Shown here: in pieces, positions 40,890-50,659 of the stretch
Numbering within the stretch: position 1 is the stretch's first letter
How the letters are laid out: each line of letters begins with the position of its first letter
Assembly: GCA_045589295.1 (NCBI GenBank)
Contig: JAZNOU010000005.1
Location: 96,001 to 160,000, forward strand
Source of the DNA: Clostridia bacterium
GTDB lineage: Bacteria; Bacillota; Clostridia; RGIG6154
Direction of reading: 5' to 3'
Length of the DNA: 64,000 bases
The notes under the pieces: generated by a model
The model's database searches: none
Seen by the model: only the letters and a program-made list of their open reading frames with translations
What the model was told of the DNA's origin: nothing
Made by a program: the position numbers and the translations under genes

Positions 40890-42434
40890 TTAATTAGGAA
40901 TTATTCTGTTATCTTTTAATAAATACCCTGTGATATCACCTACATCTTCCCAAGTCACGTTTAGTTTTCTTATATTATTATTTATCCAAAATGCATACCC
41001 TTTAGAGAACATCTCTCCTTCGCATAAGACAAATCCTGTTTTTTCATCATAGCTGATACACCAGGCTATACAATAATTAAAATTATTATAAATCTGTTCT
41101 CCTGCTACACCGATTACACCTTCATTAAGTCCTATTAAAAGTTCTGTTCCACCATCACCATCAAAGTCATAACAGATTATGTCAGCATTTTTTCTTAAAT
41201 CATCCGAATAATCCTTAGAATATTCGTATTGGTTGTTAAAACTAAATTTATTACTGTATTTATGACCTTTGCTGTCATCTAACGATACAGATAAAATCCC
41301 ACCATTCAAAGTTATATCTGCATCTACAATAGTATTATTCTTTCCTATTTTTATTTTTCCGTTTTTATTTATATCTTCTAAAAGCAAAATATGTTCCCAA
41401 GGTTGTTGCATTGAGAAAACACAAACATTGGACAACAAGTTGTATTTTTTATACTCAGACTCTTTCTGTCCTTCTAAAAATCCGTAAAATGTTCCTTCGA
41501 AATCCAACTCCTTGTTTTCCTGATTCGTTACCTCTTTTTCCTCAGTTTTTTCAATAACTATATTATTTTTCTCAACCTCTGTTTCAGGCTCGTTTGTAAC
41601 CTCAGATTCAGGCACATCTGTTTTAGTTTTCTGTTCTGTCTTTTTATCGTTGCCCTGTTGTGTTTTAACTTCTATTCCATTTTCATAATTCAAAAGGTTA
41701 ATTATAATCAATGCTAATACAATTACTGAGAGTGCAAAAATGAAGAGATATTTTAACGAGTTAAGTGTTATCGCTCTTTTTACCGCTTTCACACTTTGAT
41801 ATCTTTCAGACGGGTCAAGCCTTTTACACTTTTCTGCTACCTTATATAAAAAGCCTTTTATATTTATGTAATCAAGAAGTGTTTTTAAAGTTACACCAAA
41901 CGCATATATATCTGTTTTAAAATCAGTAGGAAGCATACCATATTGTTCAATAGGTGCATATCCAAATGTACCTATTGTTTCGGTATCACGTCGTACTTCT
42001 TTTCGGTAAATTCGTGCAATATCATAATCTGTCAACCATATGTGGTCTGATTCATCAATCAGAATATTGTCAGGTTTAATATCTCTATGTATTATGTCGT
42101 ATTCGTGGAGTTTATCAAGAGCTGATAAAAGTTGATTAGATATAGAATATATCTGCTTTTTACTTAACTTTTTGCCCTGTGCCATATAATCACTTAAAGA
42201 CATACCTTTAACATATTCTTCAATAACTATAGTGTCTGTATCAAATCCGACATAATAAATCTTTGGAATACTTTCGTGATTTATCTTTTTAAGTAATTTA
42301 TATATTTCTCTTTTGTCACCGCTTATTACTCGTTTTAAATATCTCTTTTTGTCAGAGCCTTCCATCAATAAAATTTTTTGACGTTCACTCTGCCTTATTA
42401 TTTCTATTTCCCTTATGGAGTCTATATCGAACAT
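40890..42434 (-). CDS. Membrane-anchored Hanks-type Ser/Thr protein kinase
   Basis: IEEYV, HRDIKPDN, DYD, GTFGYAPIE, DIYAFG, TM helix, extracellular domain; ATG 42434 after AAGGAG. Confidence 0.88.
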   Translation of the reverse strand: MFDIDSIREIEIIRQSERQKILLMEGSDKKRYLKRVISGDKREIYKLLKKINHESIPKIYYVGFDTDTIVIEEYVKGMSLSDYMAQGKKLSKKQIYSISNQLLSALDKLHEYDIIHRDIKPDNILIDESDHIWLTDYDIARIYRKEVRRDTETIGTFGYAPIEQYGMLPTDFKTDIYAFGVTLKTLLDYINIKGFLYKVAEKCKRLDPSERYQSVKAVKRAITLNSLKYLFIFALSVIVLALIIINLLNYENGIEVKTQQGNDKKTEQKTKTDVPESEVTNEPETEVEKNNIVIEKTEEKEVTNQENKELDFEGTFYGFLEGQKESEYKKYNLLSNVCVFSMQQPWEHILLLEDINKNGKIKIGKNNTIVDADITLNGGILSVSLDDSKGHKYSNKFSFNNQYEYSKDYSDDLRKNADIICYDFDGDGGTELLIGLNEGVIGVAGEQIYNNFNYCIAWCISYDEKTGFVLCEGEMFSKGYAFWINNNIRKLNVTWEDVGDITGYLLKDNRIIPN

Positions 42435-42505
42435 TTTAGACAACTCCTTGCATATTTCGACAATGTATACTATAATAATTATAGTAAATTCAGGGAGGAT
42501 TGTCA

Positions 42506-42925
42506 ATGTATACAATAACAGATGAATTACTAAAAGAACTCAAAAACGCATCAGATATAGAATCGTTTTTCAAATCTCATGAGAATCAGTTTATAAACGA
42601 AACAACATCAAGTTATCTAAATAAAATGCTCGAATTAAGAAATATAAATATTTCTGCTATTGCAAAAAATTCAGGTACAGGTGAGTATGTATATAAGATA
42701 TTCAGAGGTGACAGAACCGCTTCCCGTGATATTTTAATTTCTATCGCTTTTAGTATGAAATTATCTTTAGAAGAAACTCAGTTGCTACTTCGAATTTCTA
42801 AATTCGCCATACTTGATTCACGTAACAAAAGAGATAGTATTATAATATATGGTCTAACTCACAATTTAACTGTTTTTCAAGCAGATGATTTGTTAGAAGA
42901 ACAAAATATGACAACATTAAATTGA
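42506..42925 (+). CDS. Putative XRE-like helix-turn-helix regulator
   Basis: ISAIAKNSGT..YVYKIFRG, RDILISIAF..LSLEETQLLL; divergent from kinase. Confidence 0.6.
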   Translation: MYTITDELLKELKNASDIESFFKSHENQFINETTSSYLNKMLELRNINISAIAKNSGTGEYVYKIFRGDRTASRDILISIAFSMKLSLEETQLLLRISKFAILDSRNKRDSIIIYGLTHNLTVFQADDLLEEQNMTTLN

Positions 42926-42938
42926 TTTATACAAATGC

Positions 42939-43514
42939 TCATAAATTTACCGCATTGTAACAATCTATAATCACTTTTTGAGTAATACCTATATATCTTA
43001 ATGTAATTGCACTCGATGAATGATTTAGGAGTTTTTGAAGTGTTTCTAATGGTACATTATTAATGTATCTGTGATATGCCATAGTCTTTCTTAATGTATG
43101 TGTACCGAAATTACCTTTAATCCCTAAATCCTTTGTAAGTGTTTTAATGATATGATGCAGAGGTCTTACTCCTAAATGACTACCCTTTCGACTTTTAAAT
43201 AAAAAATCCTCCATATCATAGTTTGCTAAAGAGTTAAGATATACCTGTATCGCACCTTTAGCATTTTTATTTAATGCGAAATTCCTTGTTTTTCCTGTTT
43301 TCTGTTCTTTAATAGTTACTGTATCAAATATTATATTTCCATCTGTAACATCATTAATTTTTAATGATAATAAATCTCCTGCTCTTAATCCAACATTGAT
43401 TCCAACAACAAATATACAGTAATCTCTCTTATTTTCTTTTCCGTATAAATATTGCTTGATTTTGTTAATATCTCTTGTGTTTTTAATTGGTTCAACCTCT
43501 TTTGGTAATGTCAT
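42939..43514 (-). CDS. Small tyrosine recombinase (catalytic domain only)
   Basis: GLRAGDLL, EQKT, HTLRKT, LNHSS, LRYIG (R-K-H-R-H-Y); 191 aa. Confidence 0.9.
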   Translation of the reverse strand: MTLPKEVEPIKNTRDINKIKQYLYGKENKRDYCIFVVGINVGLRAGDLLSLKINDVTDGNIIFDTVTIKEQKTGKTRNFALNKNAKGAIQVYLNSLANYDMEDFLFKSRKGSHLGVRPLHHIIKTLTKDLGIKGNFGTHTLRKTMAYHRYINNVPLETLQKLLNHSSSAITLRYIGITQKVIIDCYNAVNL

Positions 43515-43826
43515 ATGTTTAATCTCCTTTTTCAGTTGTAACTTAATTTTTTACAATTATATATCGCGTGTGTGAAAAAGTACACCGTTTTTCACATAAA
43601 GAAAAATATTACCTTTTGCCCATTTAATGAACATAAGGTAATATTCAAAACTTGTTTTTATTAAATTTTAAACCTCACATTTCCCGAAACCATTACAAGA
43701 GTTAAGTTTGAGATGTTTGTGTGAATGATACCTTTTGTTAAAAGGTATTATTCGTTGACAATTAAACATTGAAAGAATCTAAAATTTTTGATATACTTTA
43801 TACATAAATGTATAGGAGGAATTTGC

Positions 43827-44744
43827 TTGAATCTTTTCATAATTGGAAACGGATTTGATTTGGCTCACAACTTGCCAACACAATATATGAACTTTAGAGA
43901 ATATTTAGAGGAAAGAGATTGGAACTTTCTTATGATGTTAGAAGAAACATATGGATTTTGTTCAGATAGCAACATAGAATATCTAAAAGAATATTTATGG
44001 CAGAATTTTGAAACCAATTTGTCCTACATCAATGAAACAGAAATAATAGAACTCGGCTCACATATTGACTTAGGATTAGAAGGTGGTGATTTTGGAGTAG
44101 AAGAAACGTTAGATTATTATTGGGAAAACCAATATGGCTACATAAAAAAATTAAATGAATATTTATATTCTTGGATAAATCAAATTGATATTAATGTTGA
44201 TAGAAAGACAAATTTTATTAACGAAGAAAACTATGATTTATTCATAAATTTTAATTATACACTATTGTTAGAAGAACTATATAATATAGATTCATATGAT
44301 ATTCTCCATATTCACGGCTCCGTATATCCTCACGACACACCGCCGATTATAGGACACGGAGATTATAAGAAAATAGAAGAAATGTCATCAAAAGTTTCTG
44401 AATATTCAAATGTAAATATGGAAAAGGAAACGAGCATATATAATGCTGTTCGTAATTTTTATGAAAGAACTTTTAAGGATGTAAAACACTACATACGGTG
44501 GAACGAGAATTTTTTTGTTAGATTAAAGGAAATTGAACAAGTGTTTATTGTAGGTCATTCCTTTGGTGATGTGGATTTACCCTACTTTAAAGAGATATTG
44601 TCTTATGTTCCTAAAAACGCACAATGGAATGTATATTATTATAAACCTGAAGAAGAATTATTTTTTAAAGATAAACTGATTGAAATTGGAATTAATGAAG
44701 AGAATATAAAGATGTATCATACATCAACATTTTTTAATATGTAA
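43827..44744 (+). CDS. AbiH-family abortive infection protein (SIR2-like fold)
   Basis: LFIIGNGFDLAHNLPTQY, NFNYT, HIHG, GHSFGDVDLPYF; TTG 43827 after GGAGGA. Confidence 0.85.
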   Translation: MNLFIIGNGFDLAHNLPTQYMNFREYLEERDWNFLMMLEETYGFCSDSNIEYLKEYLWQNFETNLSYINETEIIELGSHIDLGLEGGDFGVEETLDYYWENQYGYIKKLNEYLYSWINQIDINVDRKTNFINEENYDLFINFNYTLLLEELYNIDSYDILHIHGSVYPHDTPPIIGHGDYKKIEEMSSKVSEYSNVNMEKETSIYNAVRNFYERTFKDVKHYIRWNENFFVRLKEIEQVFIVGHSFGDVDLPYFKEILSYVPKNAQWNVYYYKPEEELFFKDKLIEIGINEENIKMYHTSTFFNM

Positions 44745-44833
44745 ACTATTATTATATGCAGCTAACGGATTATTACATTTGGAATTATATAACTAAAGAT
44801 ATGAATAAAAACTCTATCAAGGAGGGAGTACAT

Positions 44834-46462
44834 ATGAATAAAATTGAAAACACATATTATCAAAAATCTAATATCGAATATCTTAAAAATATATACGGAA
44901 AAGAACTTTGGGTTCAAGTCTCTGGACGCAGAGATTTAAATGGAGCCGTTGCAAGCTTTTGGACAGGATTAGTTTATTTGGATGATTTAGATAAAATTAC
45001 TCAAAAATCAGATTGGGAGGCTCATATTGGAACACAGGCTCCTGGTTTTGTCGAATATGGTAATGGTGATATAGAGTATGAGAAAATCTCAGCTTCGAAT
45101 ATTTATTGTGAACACATTGTAAACTATAGAGATTTTTATGGCATAAAGCCTGAATATGTTGAAGTTGTCGATGAATTTAGACTCCTTAACAATTTATATC
45201 ATGATTTCCAATCTAACACACTTTACGCAATTAAGGATAATGGAATTTGTGATGAAGTAGTTAAAATTGAAAATAATACGAATGTTTTTATAAAGCTAAA
45301 GTATTTAATCAATTATGCAACGGCTAAACAAATGGCTTTACTACTGTTTTTTGATATTGACCAGCAAATTTCTGGAACATTGGAAAAAAATCAATTAAAA
45401 AAATTTTCTGATAGTCATATTGGTAAAGATATTGTATACAGCATTTGGGGAGATGAAATGGGAGGGAGTAATTATGTATATAGTATCTTAATGGGTAAAA
45501 AGATAATTATGCCTAAACCAATTAATGAATGTGGTTATTGGCCATATGAGAAAGAATATGAATATTTAGACTTTATTATTGGAAATGATGAATACGGTGA
45601 AAACAAAACATTTACATCTAATCCTAACAAATTAGCCAACTACTTCGGTGCAAATCCAGATGCCCCTCACTATTTAACACCTGTTTTCTTTAATAAAGAA
45701 GTATTGCAAAAATACTTATCTTCTGATATTTATAGCATAGAAGATGGTTACTTAAGATGTCGCGGACTTTGGGGCTTAAGAATGGATAACCATCATAAAG
45801 ACTATGTAGTTGTTTACTTGGGAGATTTAGGCAAAGAATTACCTTATGAAGAACAACACCATTGGAAAAATTATAATATTGTTTCTGACGATACGATTAG
45901 TAATGCAAAATTCAAAAGAGATTTCTTAGGAATTCCAAGCAACGCTGAAATTTCTGATTTAAAATTCAAAGCAGATTTTTCATGTTTTCAAAAACAATGG
46001 TACAATAAATTTGGATGGTATTTATTTTTACCGCTTACCTCTGATGATGAATATAATTTTAGTAAAATACATATTCCAATCGTGAATACACAAGATGAAT
46101 TTGACCATTTAGTATTGTCATTAGTAAAAACAATTATTGATTCACTTAACGAAAAAGAAATAAAAAAATTAGTGAAAGACACATTGGATAAAAAGAGTGG
46201 TCAAGAATTAAAAGGAAGTATATCTAAACTTGAAAGATGGTTTGAAGAAAGTAATCTTACAGACTATATTGAACACATAGAATTTTTAAGGAATTTGCAA
46301 AATCTACGTTCTGCCGGAACAGGACATCGAAAAGGAAGCAACTATGATAAAATTTCAAAAGAGTTTGATTTAGATACTGAAAGTTACACAAATGTATTTG
46401 ATTCGATATTAGAAAAGACAAATATGTTTTTAAGTTACTTAACCAATACCTTTTTAGCATAA
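44834..46462 (+). CDS. Hypothetical protein with C-terminal helical region carrying an R-x5-H (HEPN-like) motif
   Basis: LQNLRSAGTGHRKG near C-terminus; ATG 44834 after GGAGGGAG; follows the AbiH gene. Confidence 0.6.
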   Translation: MNKIENTYYQKSNIEYLKNIYGKELWVQVSGRRDLNGAVASFWTGLVYLDDLDKITQKSDWEAHIGTQAPGFVEYGNGDIEYEKISASNIYCEHIVNYRDFYGIKPEYVEVVDEFRLLNNLYHDFQSNTLYAIKDNGICDEVVKIENNTNVFIKLKYLINYATAKQMALLLFFDIDQQISGTLEKNQLKKFSDSHIGKDIVYSIWGDEMGGSNYVYSILMGKKIIMPKPINECGYWPYEKEYEYLDFIIGNDEYGENKTFTSNPNKLANYFGANPDAPHYLTPVFFNKEVLQKYLSSDIYSIEDGYLRCRGLWGLRMDNHHKDYVVVYLGDLGKELPYEEQHHWKNYNIVSDDTISNAKFKRDFLGIPSNAEISDLKFKADFSCFQKQWYNKFGWYLFLPLTSDDEYNFSKIHIPIVNTQDEFDHLVLSLVKTIIDSLNEKEIKKLVKDTLDKKSGQELKGSISKLERWFEESNLTDYIEHIEFLRNLQNLRSAGTGHRKGSNYDKISKEFDLDTESYTNVFDSILEKTNMFLSYLTNTFLA

Positions 46463-46480
46463 ATTTTAAAGGAGATACAA

Positions 46481-47053
46481 ATGGAATTTTATGAAATTAT
46501 GATTAACCTATCTATAGGAATAACGGGCGGTATATTTTCTAGTATTATTGTTTCACGTATCTTTTTAATACATTCTTCGCATTCAGAACAATTAGCAAGA
46601 GTGCAAGAGCATTTTGAAAATACTTACAGATTGAGTGGAACATTACTTTTTTATATGTATGCATTTCAAAAAGATGAGAATAATTTTGACGATGATACTA
46701 TTAATCGCTTTAACGACGCATTGCTAAAAGATATACACGAAGTATCAAAACAAGAATGCGAAAAATTTCGGTATATGATTTTCGATGACTTAGAAATAGA
46801 ATTATATAAAATCGCTGTTAATTTAAACGATTTAATGGAAGGAACACTATCATTAAATAAAGTCGATATATCTATAGTAAGAAAACTTCATAAAGACTTA
46901 TTTGATATACAAGATAGATTTAAAAAGTATAAGATAACTAACAACAAGCATTTTGTGACAAAAATAAAAAAGGACAAAATATTACGAATACTCATTCTTG
47001 CTTTGGTTATAATACTCATTTCAACAATAATATCTTGTATATGTGCTAAATAG
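46481..47053 (+). CDS. Hypothetical membrane protein (N- and C-terminal TM helices)
   Basis: Hydrophobic LSIGITGGIFSSIIV and ILILALVIILISTIISCI; AAGGAG RBS. Confidence 0.7.
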   Translation: MEFYEIMINLSIGITGGIFSSIIVSRIFLIHSSHSEQLARVQEHFENTYRLSGTLLFYMYAFQKDENNFDDDTINRFNDALLKDIHEVSKQECEKFRYMIFDDLEIELYKIAVNLNDLMEGTLSLNKVDISIVRKLHKDLFDIQDRFKKYKITNNKHFVTKIKKDKILRILILALVIILISTIISCICAK

Positions 47054-47134
47054 AAGTTTATCAATGCAATCAAATATTACAGCTGTATTTTGCTATTAAA
47101 ACGCAAAATTATTCATAATAAGAATAATTTACAA

Positions 47135-47215
47135 GAGTTTACTCTATATCCAACGTGGTAGAGTACTTCGTTCGGGACGAAGGGGCCGCAGGTTCAAATC
47201 CTGTCACCTCGACCA
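47135..47215 (+). pseudogene. attR: element P arm joined to the 3' 60 nt of tRNA-Pro(CGG)
   Basis: 47156-47215 identical to 31532-31591; preceded by GAGTTTACTCTATATCCAACG, the inverted partner of the attL arm. Confidence 0.9.
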
Positions 47216-47376
47216 GTCGAGAGCCTCGACACGCATTATCGCGTACCGAGGTTCTTTTTAATTTTATATTTTCGTTCACGCGTTCAAGCTTGACACGTTA
47301 TGAACACTCGCACCACGTCGGAACAAGTTTTGCTTGTTCCAATTTTTTTATGCGTATTATGTATAAACTGTTTTTC

Positions 47377-48078
47377 TTATATAAGTTTTGATACAATATT
47401 TACAATGTGATAAATAATAGGTGCAAATATAATCGCAGGCAATAAATCTGCCACCTTGATTTTTGTGATACCCATTAAATTTGTTCCTATCATGATAATC
47501 AGAATCGAACCTACACATGTCATTTCGTTAATTGCTCCTGCACTCATAAAAGGTGATATAAGTCCCGCAAGAACAACAAGCCCGCCTTGTATAGTAAAGA
47601 CGGACACAGACGCTAAAAGCACGCCAACTCCAAGACTTGATGCAAGCATCATTGAAGATACAAAGTCAAGCATTGCCTTTGTAATAAGTACTGAGTTATC
47701 TCCTGTAAGTCCCGCTTGAATTGAGCCTGTAACTGTCATTGAGCCAACACAGAATAGAAGTGTTGAAGTTACAAACCCCTCCGCGATTGAAATAATTTGA
47801 CCTTCTTTTTTGAATTTTGTTTCTACACCCTTTGCAAGCCGGTTTATTGCGCCGTCAATATTTAAAAGTGTTCCCGAAATTGCACCTAAAACGATTGATG
47901 AAATCACAATAAGGACATTATTGCCACATAAACTGCCCGATATTCCTATATACAAGGTACATGCCCCCAAGCCAGTCATAACTGCTGAGTTCACTTTTTC
48001 AGGTATTCCCTTTTTAAACAATAATCCTATACATGAACCGAGTATTACGGTTATAATATTTACAATAACTCCCAACAT
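47377..48078 (-). CDS. DUF554 family membrane protein
   Basis: EGFVTSTLLFCVGSM, KAMLD, multiple TM helices. Confidence 0.85.
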   Translation of the reverse strand: MLGVIVNIITVILGSCIGLLFKKGIPEKVNSAVMTGLGACTLYIGISGSLCGNNVLIVISSIVLGAISGTLLNIDGAINRLAKGVETKFKKEGQIISIAEGFVTSTLLFCVGSMTVTGSIQAGLTGDNSVLITKAMLDFVSSMMLASSLGVGVLLASVSVFTIQGGLVVLAGLISPFMSAGAINEMTCVGSILIIMIGTNLMGITKIKVADLLPAIIFAPIIYHIVNIVSKLI

Positions 48079-48092
48079 TTACATCACCTCAA

Positions 48093-49121
48093 TTATAATT
48101 TATCTGCAATGTCATAAATAAGTTTTTCTGTCTTTTCCCATCCCAAACAAGGGTCAGTGATTGACTTACCGTAAATATGCTCACCCATACTCTGTGCACC
48201 ATCTTCAAGATAGCTTTCAATCATCAGTCCTTTTACTAGGCGTTTAATGTCGCTGTTCTGATTTCTGCTATGAACAATATCTTTGGAGATACGGATTTGC
48301 TCAAGATACTTTTTCCCTGAATTGTTATGGTTTGTATCTACAATAACAGACGGATTTGTCAAATTAGACTGTTCATACAGTTCTTCCACCCTCAAAAGGT
48401 CTTCATAATGATAATTCGATATATTTCTTCCTGTATAATCAACATAACCTCTAAGGATTGCGTGGGCATAAGGATTTCCTTCACTTGTAACCTCCCATCC
48501 GCGATATATAAAAGTATGGCTTGATTGTGCAGCAACAATTGAATTCATCATAACACTTAAATCTCCTCCTGTTGGATTTTTCATACCAACAGGTGTTCCA
48601 ATACCACTTGCAGTAAGTCTGTGTTGCTGATTTTCAACAGACCTTGCACCTACTGCGACATACGACAGAAGATCTGAAAGAAATCGATAATTTTCAGGAT
48701 AGAGCATTTCATCCGCACATGAAAAATCATATTCTCTGAGTGCTGCCAAGTGCAATTCGCGGATTGCAACAAGACCTTTATACATATCAGGTTTAGCATC
48801 GGGATCAGGTTGATGAAGCATACCCTTGTACCCCTGCCCGGTCGTTCGCGGTTTGTTAGTATAAATTCTGGGTATAATAATTATTTTATCACAAACCCTA
48901 TCCTCAACCTTACGAAGTCTTGAAATGTATTCAAGCACAGGTTCATTGTGGTCAGCAGAACAAGGACCAATGATGAGAATAAATTTATCAGATGTACCAT
49001 CAAATACTGCTCTGATTTCTTTATCACGTTTTTCTTTTATTTGCATCATCCGATCAGTAACAGGGTACTCTTGCTTCACTTCTTGAGGAATCGGAAGTTT
49101 TCTATGGAAATTCATTTTCAT
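48093..49121 (-). CDS. aroG: Class I-alpha DAHP synthase (AroF/AroG type)
   Basis: IGPCSA, KPRT, GARS, GMKNPTGG, DTNHNNS, SITDPCLGW. Confidence 0.92.
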   Translation of the reverse strand: MKMNFHRKLPIPQEVKQEYPVTDRMMQIKEKRDKEIRAVFDGTSDKFILIIGPCSADHNEPVLEYISRLRKVEDRVCDKIIIIPRIYTNKPRTTGQGYKGMLHQPDPDAKPDMYKGLVAIRELHLAALREYDFSCADEMLYPENYRFLSDLLSYVAVGARSVENQQHRLTASGIGTPVGMKNPTGGDLSVMMNSIVAAQSSHTFIYRGWEVTSEGNPYAHAILRGYVDYTGRNISNYHYEDLLRVEELYEQSNLTNPSVIVDTNHNNSGKKYLEQIRISKDIVHSRNQNSDIKRLVKGLMIESYLEDGAQSMGEHIYGKSITDPCLGWEKTEKLIYDIADKL

Positions 49122-49207
49122 TTTTTGCCACCTCGACTTTTAAATTACATTATACCAAAACAATAATAATCATCTCTCAAATCTGCTTTGGCTCGCATTT
49201 TTTAATG

Positions 49208-49485
49208 AAAAAAACGTCCTCTGCAATCCTTACAGGATACAGAGGACGAAAATATCATTTCCGTGGTACCACCTCAGTTCATCGCTATCTCACGACAGCG
49301 ACCTTATCAGGTACTAACATACCTTAGTTCTGTAACGGGAACTCCCGTTGCCTCCTACTTAAGATTAAACTTGTTCAGTGCACTGCTAACAGAAGGAATT
49401 CGAGAAGGACGCCCCATTTGCCTCGCACCAACCGGCAACTCTCTCCATGTTCTTTCCAACCTACTGGTTTCTGCTCTCCGCATTT
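49208..49485 (-). ncRNA. T-box riboswitch, Phe specifier
   Basis: AGTA, AGAGA, GGTGCGA, GAA-TTC specifier (49398-49396), GAGGTGGTACCACGG, terminator CGTCCTCTG/CAGAGGACG plus T-run; promoter TTGACT-17-TACAAT at 49525-49497. Confidence 0.92.
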
Positions 49486-49558
49486 AAATTGTATACATTG
49501 TACCACAGCAGTGTGGTAAAGTCAATAGCTTAAAAAAATTTTTATAATGATAAAAACT

Positions 49559-50302
49559 TTACTTTCTCAATTTTCTGCAATATTGGGTACAAAGTTTATC
49601 GGTGCATTCCGAACATCTAAGTGCAACGTTACTATTTTCCCAAAATCTTTCAGGGTATGTGATTACGCACACTTCCCATACAAGCCATATCAGAAATGAA
49701 AAAACAACAAGAGACCAGGAATAAAAACTGTTGACTGTCACAATCGGCAAAAACATCATAAGGTGATCCCAATTAAATATTCTGCAAGTGGTACAACACT
49801 TGTTTTTCATTATAAGTCTAAACGGACACCATATAAGAACGCATATCAAATCACATACATAAAAGAATGTTGATAACAGTATCATTGCACCCGTGTCTAT
49901 AATTCCGGTCAGGTATAATACACTGATTACTATGGTAAGAAAAATCCATATTAACATAACTTTGTACGCCGATGCAGTTGTGTCCTTAATATATTGTTTC
50001 AGGCTCTTGTAGTTGATTTTCTCTTTTATTGGTTTGAACAATGACTCAAATACTTTTTGCGAACCTATAGATATGTGCGCTTTAACAGGCATCAGTTGTA
50101 CGACCATATCCAACATCCAAATTACCCATAAAAGGTGCAAAGGAGAAAATTCATAAAAGAAATTCCACCCAATCGCTATGTTAAATTCTTCTCTGTTAAA
50201 TATGTATAGCATAATTGCAATAAGAAATACAACAACCCTGCCAATAAGTCGCAAAAAATATATCCCTCTTGTTTTTGATATATAGTTATTTTTTTGTTGC
50301 AT
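49559..50302 (-). CDS. Conserved-looking hypothetical membrane protein with Cys clusters
   Basis: Several TM helices; CPF, CCTTCRIFNWD, CSECTDKLC. Confidence 0.7.
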   Translation of the reverse strand: MQQKNNYISKTRGIYFLRLIGRVVVFLIAIMLYIFNREEFNIAIGWNFFYEFSPLHLLWVIWMLDMVVQLMPVKAHISIGSQKVFESLFKPIKEKINYKSLKQYIKDTTASAYKVMLIWIFLTIVISVLYLTGIIDTGAMILLSTFFYVCDLICVLIWCPFRLIMKNKCCTTCRIFNWDHLMMFLPIVTVNSFYSWSLVVFSFLIWLVWEVCVITYPERFWENSNVALRCSECTDKLCTQYCRKLRK

Positions 50303-50476
50303 TTGATAATATCCTTTTAAATCACTATTAAATAATTTTTTATATTATACTATAAAATTCACTATAATTCAACAGTTTTTAATTTCGGAAAACAGGTTAT
50401 AAAGTAACTTATACTATACTTTTTCATACTATATATCAAAACTTAAAAATATTTTTATTTTATCAAATTCCAAGAG

Positions 50477-50659
50477 GTGAACATAGTGAATTATTGTCAA
50501 TTAACCGCATCTATAACCGCAATTGCCAATACACTTTCAACCAAATTATCGATTGAGGAAACAACTTTACTTGCGGCTGTTCTCGTACAATTAGGTGATA
50601 CATTGGCAACAATTGCAACACAAAGAGCAATACCCGATGCCAAAAATGACAAAAATTAA
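50477..50659 (+). CDS. Small protein, DUF6774-like
   Basis: ITAIANTLS..LLAAVLVQLGDTLATI. Confidence 0.6.
   Translation: MNIVNYCQLTASITAIANTLSTKLSIEETTLLAAVLVQLGDTLATIATQRAIPDAKNDKN

Larger units (their letters stand above)
31254..47161. mobile_element. Integrative element (~15.9 kb) with large serine recombinase, inserted in tRNA-Pro(CGG)
   Basis: tRNA halves at both ends sharing TGGTAG; recombinase next to left end; Rep, tyrosine recombinase and Abi cargo; visibly more AT-rich than flanks. Confidence 0.9.

Noticed and set aside
31532-47215. Conventional reading: 60-bp tRNA 3' direct repeats as attL/attR of a tyrosine integrase
   Set aside because: Does not explain the orphan tRNA 5' half at 31237 or the palindrome formed by the inner flanks; disfavoured, not formally excluded.
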